This document shows, one piece after another, positions 26,951 through 32,000 of a stretch of 32,000 bases of DNA. Each line of letters starts with the position of its first letter. Position 1 is the first letter of the stretch. Source of the stretch: Citrobacter sedlakii NBRC 105722 (GTDB taxonomy: Bacteria > Pseudomonadota > Gammaproteobacteria > Enterobacterales > Enterobacteriaceae). Both the position numbers and the translations under genes were made by a program. Under the pieces are notes generated by a model. The model had not been told where the DNA came from, did not search any database, and saw nothing but the letters and a program-made list of their open reading frames with translations. The stretch is from NCBI RefSeq assembly GCF_000759835.1, contig NZ_BBNB01000008.1:206744-238743 (forward strand). Reading direction: 5' to 3'.

Positions 26951-27796
26951 CGTACACGCCACGAGTTCCTCCAGCACCTGCGGCCAGTCATCGACGATAC
27001 CGACATCCGCCTGGGAAAAAACAGGCGCGTCGGGATCGCAATTTATCGCCACGACAAACTGACTCTGGCGAATCCCGGCCATCAACGCCGCCGCGCCGGA
27101 AGCTCCCGCCACAATACAGACATCCGGCGAAAGCAGATGGCCGGTGATGCCAACCATCCGTTCCACATCCACTCCGCCGTTCATCACCCGCGCCCGGCTG
27201 TATCCCGCCTCGGCGCGTAGCGCCTGGGCCAGAGCGGTGATTTTATCCTCTTCAACCTCGCGGCCTCCCTGCCCAACCACCAGAACATGGCTGGCCTGTA
27301 ACAGAGGGTGCCTGTTTTCGCTTTTCACGCTTTCAAGGTGTTCGAGCCAGTCAGGTGGTTCCGCCGGGACGATACGTCGTTCCGTCATAACTGGCAAAAC
27401 CGACGCTGACGCGCCCGCATCAGGCTGGCGCGCCAGTGAGAGGCACACAGGACATCCGGAGACAGACAGGGACGCTAAGAGCGCGCTCCCCCAATGTGAT
27501 TTACTCACCCGCCCTTGTTGCAGGTCTGCGGTAACCACCTGACATACGCTATCACCCCGTAGCCGCCAGGCCAGACGTGTTGCAAGCTCATCGCCGAACG
27601 AACCAGAGGGAAAGATCAGCACCCCGGCAGGCGTTATCGCCCATTGGGCGGCCAGCGCGTCGAGCACCTGTTCCGCAACCGCCGGTACGGAATCGATTAC
27701 CCAGCGCTCCACTTCCGCCGCACCGGGGGCATTTGCCGCGATCCATCCCGCCATTGCCGCACATTCTCCGGGCGTGGTAATCATTGCTATTTTCAT
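26942..27796 (-). CDS. ygcQ: Electron transfer flavoprotein alpha-subunit-like protein
   Basis: ATG 27796 overlaps the ygcR stop (ATGA) and gives MKIAMITTPGECAAMAGWIAANAPG..., 284 aa. The C-terminal half has the ETF-alpha FAD-binding pattern (VVGQGG, VAINCDPDAPVF). The 372-aa ORF-track version is an out-of-frame overlap with ygcR. Confidence 0.85.
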   Translation of the reverse strand: MKIAMITTPGECAAMAGWIAANAPGAAEVERWVIDSVPAVAEQVLDALAAQWAITPAGVLIFPSGSFGDELATRLAWRLRGDSVCQVVTADLQQGRVSKSHWGSALLASLSVSGCPVCLSLARQPDAGASASVLPVMTERRIVPAEPPDWLEHLESVKSENRHPLLQASHVLVVGQGGREVEEDKITALAQALRAEAGYSRARVMNGGVDVERMVGITGHLLSPDVCIVAGASGAAALMAGIRQSQFVVAINCDPDAPVFSQADVGIVDDWPQVLEELVACTKT

Positions 27797-28575
27797 GGCG
27801 CGCACCTCTGACGCAAATAGTCCCGCCATAAAATCCGGGCTTTTTCCTGCACCGTCGCGCCGTCGATAATTTTCGCGCACCGTCGCTGTTCCGGTCGCGT
27901 CAGCGCCAGACAATTGCGCCCCTGAGGAACCGCAATGTCGACAGGCTGGCGGATAATCTCCGCTTTGGCCGCCGCCAGGCGCTGGCGCATGCCAGGCACA
28001 GGGAGCGCCACTTCGCCACACTGTCTGACGGCGATGACCGCCGGAAGACGTACCCGGCAACGACGAAGGCCGGACTCCATTCGTTGGTCAACGCTGATAA
28101 AGGGCGCCTCAAGCGCAAAACGCGTCACCTGGCTAAAGCATGGCCACCCCAGCATTTCCGCCAGCAGAAACGGCGTTTGCCCGTTCTGCCCTTCGCTACT
28201 CTGGCATCCAGTGATAATCAGGTCGGCCCCGTGACGGTAATGCCAGTCGGCGATCTGCCCGGCGATGAATGCTGGCGCAAATCGCAGATCCGCCCCGCTC
28301 TCCAGCAGTACCGTCTTATCAAAACCCAGCGCGGAAAAATAGCGTAACCAGTGCAGCGACCGTTCATCGCCGATGTTCAGCGCCGTCAGGATCATCTCAC
28401 AACCTGCCCGGCGCTCAGCCAACAGCAATGCGGCGGCGGCCTGCTCGTCGGCGCCAGGCGAGCTGCGCAGCAAAGCGGTGTCGGGGCCGCAGGTATCCTG
28501 TGTCGCAGCCAGCCAGTCCTTTTCCGCCAGCATGCCGGAGTCCGGCTCTGCTTTAAACGCTAACAGAATGTTCAT
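27793..28575 (-). CDS. ygcR: Electron transfer flavoprotein beta-subunit-like protein
   Basis: 260 aa: MNILLAFKAEPDSGML... (typical ETF-beta N-terminal strand). Translationally coupled to ygcQ. Confidence 0.85.
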   Translation of the reverse strand: MNILLAFKAEPDSGMLAEKDWLAATQDTCGPDTALLRSSPGADEQAAAALLLAERRAGCEMILTALNIGDERSLHWLRYFSALGFDKTVLLESGADLRFAPAFIAGQIADWHYRHGADLIITGCQSSEGQNGQTPFLLAEMLGWPCFSQVTRFALEAPFISVDQRMESGLRRCRVRLPAVIAVRQCGEVALPVPGMRQRLAAAKAEIIRQPVDIAVPQGRNCLALTRPEQRRCAKIIDGATVQEKARILWRDYLRQRCAP

Positions 28576-29902
28576 TTACCCCTCCCTGTCTTTTCTCCAC
28601 CCTCCCGGCCACCGCCAGCGGCAATGCCTTCGTTTCCGGCGCCCATAGCCAGGTCACGATAAATCCAATCAGTAACACGCCCGCCAATAGCAACAACGTG
28701 ACCTGCATTCCCCATTGCGCCAGCGTCAAAGGTAACAGACCGGTGCTTATCGCAGCGCCAAGCCGACTCATCGCCGTCGCAAATCCAACGCCCAGCGAAC
28801 GAATATCAGTCGGGAAGCTTTCCGCAGGCAGGATCCCCACCAGATTGCTGACAGCAGAAATCGTGGTGCTGAACAGAACAAACAGCAGCAAAGTGAAAGC
28901 GCTGCCTGGCGGCAAGAAAGCCATCACGAACAGCGTTGCCGCAAGCAGAAGGAAACTGCCGAGCAGGAACCGACGATGCGTCAACAGATGCGTTAATAGT
29001 AGCCCCAGTAGTGCGCCGACAATTAATAGCGCATTCAGCAGCAGGCTGGCGGTAAGCGCATCCTCCAGACCAACAGTCCGGGCAATCGTCGGCAGCCAGG
29101 TATAGATAACAAACCACGGGATCACCAGGCAGACAAAGAAAACGCTGTTGAAAACAGTTCGCCGCCAGTAGCGAGCGGAAAAGAGCGTTTTAATATGTTT
29201 AGTGGATGCGGCGGCAATTTCATCGCCGGGCAGGACGTGCGGGCCAAAATAGCGATGAACCACCGCATGAGCTTCTGCAAAGCGTCCCTGGCGTATCAGC
29301 CAGCGAGGTGATTCCGGCGTTCCCCAACGAAGCAAAGTAATCAACAGTGCGGGCAACGCCGCCGAAGCAAGCAGCCAGCGCCAGGCATCCGGGCTTGCGG
29401 AAATGAAATGATGTCCAACCAGACTCGCCAGTACGTAGCCGATAGTCCATACCACGCTGAATGCTCCGAGCAGAACTCCCCGATGACGCCGCGGCGCAAA
29501 TTCAGCCAACAGCGTATGGCCGACGGAATAATCGCCGCCAAGCCCAATCCCGATGAGGATCCGTAACGCGATCAGCTGTTCCGGCGTTGAGACGAAAAGC
29601 TGCAAAAATGAAGCGATAGTGATCAGCATAAAGCTGAAGGTAAAAATCTTCTGTCGGCCGATATGATCGGACACCCAGCCCAGTATAAGGCTACCGAGAA
29701 AAAGCCCGAGCAACGCGGCTCCGCCAATCATCCCGGCCATAAAAGGCGTCAGTTGCATTGCTGACATCAATGGGATAATGGCGTAACCCACCCCACCAAG
29801 AACATATCCGTCAGTAAGATGCGCGCCAAAGGTTAACGCCGCAATACGGCAGTGAAAAGCATTTAACGGTAAGTCATCCATGCGCACCGGTGAAGTGTTC
29901 AT
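28553..29902 (-). CDS. ygcS: MFS transporter (sugar/metabolite porter type)
   Basis: 449 aa, about 12 hydrophobic segments, MFS motif A GWVSDHIGRQK. aagggg SD before ATG 29902. The 3' end overlaps the ygcR start by 23 nt. Confidence 0.88.
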   Translation of the reverse strand: MNTSPVRMDDLPLNAFHCRIAALTFGAHLTDGYVLGGVGYAIIPLMSAMQLTPFMAGMIGGAALLGLFLGSLILGWVSDHIGRQKIFTFSFMLITIASFLQLFVSTPEQLIALRILIGIGLGGDYSVGHTLLAEFAPRRHRGVLLGAFSVVWTIGYVLASLVGHHFISASPDAWRWLLASAALPALLITLLRWGTPESPRWLIRQGRFAEAHAVVHRYFGPHVLPGDEIAAASTKHIKTLFSARYWRRTVFNSVFFVCLVIPWFVIYTWLPTIARTVGLEDALTASLLLNALLIVGALLGLLLTHLLTHRRFLLGSFLLLAATLFVMAFLPPGSAFTLLLFVLFSTTISAVSNLVGILPAESFPTDIRSLGVGFATAMSRLGAAISTGLLPLTLAQWGMQVTLLLLAGVLLIGFIVTWLWAPETKALPLAVAGRVEKRQGGVNEHSVSV

Positions 29903-29923
29903 TTCTACCCCTTCATTGTCCGG

Positions 29924-29955
29924 TAAAAAAAGTGGCTTCCCGAGCGGGAAGCCAC
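29924..29955 (-). terminator. Strong rho-independent terminator between ygcU and ygcS
   Basis: Minus-strand RNA reads GUGGCUUCCC-GCUC-GGGAAGCCAC followed by UUUUUUU (10-bp GC-rich stem, 4-nt loop). It begins 8 nt after the ygcU stop and ends 21 nt before the ygcS ATG. Confidence 0.85.
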
Positions 29956-29963
29956 CTGTTACG

Positions 29964-31418
29964 TTATTTCTCGATGGGATAAATCGTCCCCGTATTCATT
30001 ATGCCGTTCGGATCAAACTGGCGTTTGAGACCTTCCAGAAGCGGCCATGCGCTGCCATGCTCCAGCTTGCTCCAGTGAACGCGATGCTTACCAATGCCGT
30101 GGTGATGCACCATTGAGCCGCCCAGTCTGATAGTTTCTTCGCAGATGATCTTATTCAGTGGATTATGGTATTTATCGATCTCTTCTTCCGGCTTACAGTC
30201 CACTACGTTGTAGTCATAGACAAAATACATATTGGTGCCGTTGATATAACTGTGAGAAGAGTGACCGCCGAGCATGGTGATATCATCCGCGTGGGGAAAC
30301 TCATTACGGATACGCCTGATCACATTTTCGTAGATCTGGTGAATACATCCCCAACCGCCCGACACTTCTGTCGTGAATCCCATATTGCCGGTTTTCAGGA
30401 TCTGCACCCGCTCAGCCGCCACTTTCTCCGGCCCCCAGTTCAGTTGATTGAACCAGTTCTCAATAAGCCTGCTGTCCACACGCTGGCACTCCGGATAGCG
30501 CGCCACGATCTCAGCAATCCCTTCACCGGTCGCTTTCGCTATCCGCGCGTTTCCCTCGGCCATAAAGATGAGTACGCATTTGCCATCGGCAAAATGGGTG
30601 AAGTGCTGGGTGCCGTCCTCGGCGTCATACAGGCGCGCAATGGAGGGCCGATATCCCTCTACCATCACATCGCGGAGGATATCGAAACCAACCTTCATAT
30701 CATCAAGGATATAGCCGTAAAAGAGATTGTTTTCCGGCGTAAATTTAAAAATTTTCACTGTGACTTCAGTGATATAGCACAGCGCGCCTTCATTACCGAT
30801 AATAATATGGCGAATATCCGGCCCGGCAGCGCGGCGCGGGACGTTCTTAATTCGGGTGACAGTTCCATCCGCCAGCACCGCTTCCAGCCCGACGACCATA
30901 TCTTCAATCGCGCCGTACAGGGTGGAAAACTGCCCAATACTGCGGGTCGCTACCAGCCCACCCATCTGAGCCAGGGGTTTAGATTGCGGCGAATGGCCGG
31001 TGGTATAACCTTTCTCACGTAGCGCGTTCTCCAGAATCTCAAGCGGAACGCCGCACTGCGCCGTCGCTTGCATATTTTCAACGTCAATGCTCAGGATCTG
31101 ATTCATCCCTGCGCCATCAAGGACAACGGAATTTTTGACTACGGTTTCCAGCCCGCCTTCGGTTGCGGATGCGCCGGTACGCGGTACGCCATTGATTTTA
31201 TGCTGGTTCATAAACGCCAGTACGCGGGACACCTGTTCTGTCGATCCCAGCTTCACGACAGCCGCGGGCAGTGGCAGCGTATAAACGCCGTGAATATCCG
31301 CATATTTGCGAAAGCGATCAATACTGTTTTTCTTTAACACCGTTTCATCGGTAATGACACGTTCTGAACCGACAATTTCTTTTAACTGGTCAACAATCGC
31401 TTCTCGAGATAAAGTCAT
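29964..31418 (-). CDS. ygcU: FAD-linked oxidase/dehydrogenase (GlcD / alkyl-DHAP-synthase-like PCMH fold)
   Basis: ATG 31418 follows a ggaagg SD and gives the 484-aa MTLSREAIVDQLKEIVGSERVITDETVLKKNSIDRF.... Nearly colinear and identical with the remembered E. coli YgcU. FAD motif PRTGASATEGG. The ORF-track start at 31442 adds 8 codons. Confidence 0.9.
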   Translation of the reverse strand: MTLSREAIVDQLKEIVGSERVITDETVLKKNSIDRFRKYADIHGVYTLPLPAAVVKLGSTEQVSRVLAFMNQHKINGVPRTGASATEGGLETVVKNSVVLDGAGMNQILSIDVENMQATAQCGVPLEILENALREKGYTTGHSPQSKPLAQMGGLVATRSIGQFSTLYGAIEDMVVGLEAVLADGTVTRIKNVPRRAAGPDIRHIIIGNEGALCYITEVTVKIFKFTPENNLFYGYILDDMKVGFDILRDVMVEGYRPSIARLYDAEDGTQHFTHFADGKCVLIFMAEGNARIAKATGEGIAEIVARYPECQRVDSRLIENWFNQLNWGPEKVAAERVQILKTGNMGFTTEVSGGWGCIHQIYENVIRRIRNEFPHADDITMLGGHSSHSYINGTNMYFVYDYNVVDCKPEEEIDKYHNPLNKIICEETIRLGGSMVHHHGIGKHRVHWSKLEHGSAWPLLEGLKRQFDPNGIMNTGTIYPIEK

Positions 31419-31480
31419 AGCCCTTCCTTCCTGATAAGTCATTCGGAATAATGAATAAAAACAGAAACCACCGCCATAAA

Positions 31481-32000
31481 TTAGCGGACCAGATAACCAC
31501 CATCGACGACCAGTAAATGACCGTTAACATAATCAGAAGCCTGACTGGCAAGGAATATCGCCGCGCCCATTAAATCCTGAGTATCTCCCCAACGATTTGC
31601 CGGGATATGATCCAACACCCGTTGATTTGTTTCCGGATTACTGCGCGTCGCTAATGTAATATCTGTTGCATAATAGCCAGGGGCAATGCCATTAACCTGG
31701 ATATTGTATTGCCCCAGTTCATCACAATATGCTTTCGTCAACCCGGCAAGCGCATGTTTAGTTGCGGAATAAGCTGGCGACCATTGCCCGCCAAGATAAG
31801 AGAACAAAGAGCAGATATTAATAATTTTACCACTATGTTGCGGGATCATTATTTTGGCAGCCTCATGGCTTAACTCAAATGCCGCAGTCAGGTTAACGTC
31901 AATCATCGGGTCCCAGTCCGCGCGGCCAAAGTCCAGTACTTTGTTCAGCTTACAAATCCCGGCGTTATTCACCAGAATATCCACGGTGCCGAAACGTTCG
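31481..32000 (-). CDS. ygcW: Short-chain dehydrogenase/reductase (KduD-like), C-terminal part; 5' end beyond the window
   Basis: The frame stays open to the window edge (...ERFGTVDILVNNAGI...). Catalytic YSATKHA (YxxxK) is present. Ends ...VVDGGYLVR. Confidence 0.85.
   Translation of the reverse strand, partial: ERFGTVDILVNNAGICKLNKVLDFGRADWDPMIDVNLTAAFELSHEAAKIMIPQHSGKIINICSLFSYLGGQWSPAYSATKHALAGLTKAYCDELGQYNIQVNGIAPGYYATDITLATRSNPETNQRVLDHIPANRWGDTQDLMGAAIFLASQASDYVNGHLLVVDGGYLVR

Noticed and set aside
27797-28060. N-terminal 88-codon extension of ygcQ (372-aa ORF-track version)
   Set aside because: The extension overlaps ygcR out of frame and translates to Gly/Arg/Ala-rich junk. ATG 27796 forms an ATGA coupling with the ygcR stop and yields a family-typical N-terminus.
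30165-31022. 285-aa plus-strand ORF
   Set aside because: It is antisense to ygcU, which matches a known protein end to end. There is no RBS or domain signature.

Overview
This is an enterobacterial chromosome segment. Gene content and order match the Escherichia/Citrobacter/Salmonella cysDN-iap-CRISPR/cas-cysHIJ-queD-ygc neighbourhood. Left to right: (1) cysN (partial) and cysD on the minus strand, then iap (+). (2) A visibly AT-rich accessory block of about 6.3 kb (about 3100-9360). It holds a small secreted helical protein and two divergently transcribed paralogous LuxR-family (EcpR/MatA-like) regulators that share an exactly spaced four-cysteine N-terminal motif. It also holds an 870-aa AIDA-type autotransporter and a decayed IS4-family transposase gene that runs straight into the degenerate terminal CRISPR repeat. 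(3) A type I-E CRISPR array with its AT-rich leader: 24 canonical 29-bp repeats plus 1 degenerate repeat, and 24 spacers, one duplicated in tandem. (4) The complete minus-strand cas3-cse1-cse2-cas7-cas5-cas6e-cas1-cas2 operon, with no cas3/cse1 intergenic gap. (5) cysH-cysI-cysJ (minus) and queD (+). (6) The poorly characterised ygc cluster: ygcN-ygcO-ygcP (+; FixC-like, FixX-like, GlpP-like antiterminator) converging on ygcW(partial)-ygcU-ygcS-ygcR-ygcQ (-; SDR, FAD-linked oxidase, MFS transporter, ETF beta/alpha-like). The most interesting leads are the Cys4 regulator pair plus autotransporter island, the IS-relic/CRISPR-trailer junction, and a strong intrinsic terminator about 20 nt upstream of ygcS beside a GlpP-type antiterminator gene. 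All homology statements come from reading translations against remembered family sequences; no database search or computation was possible.
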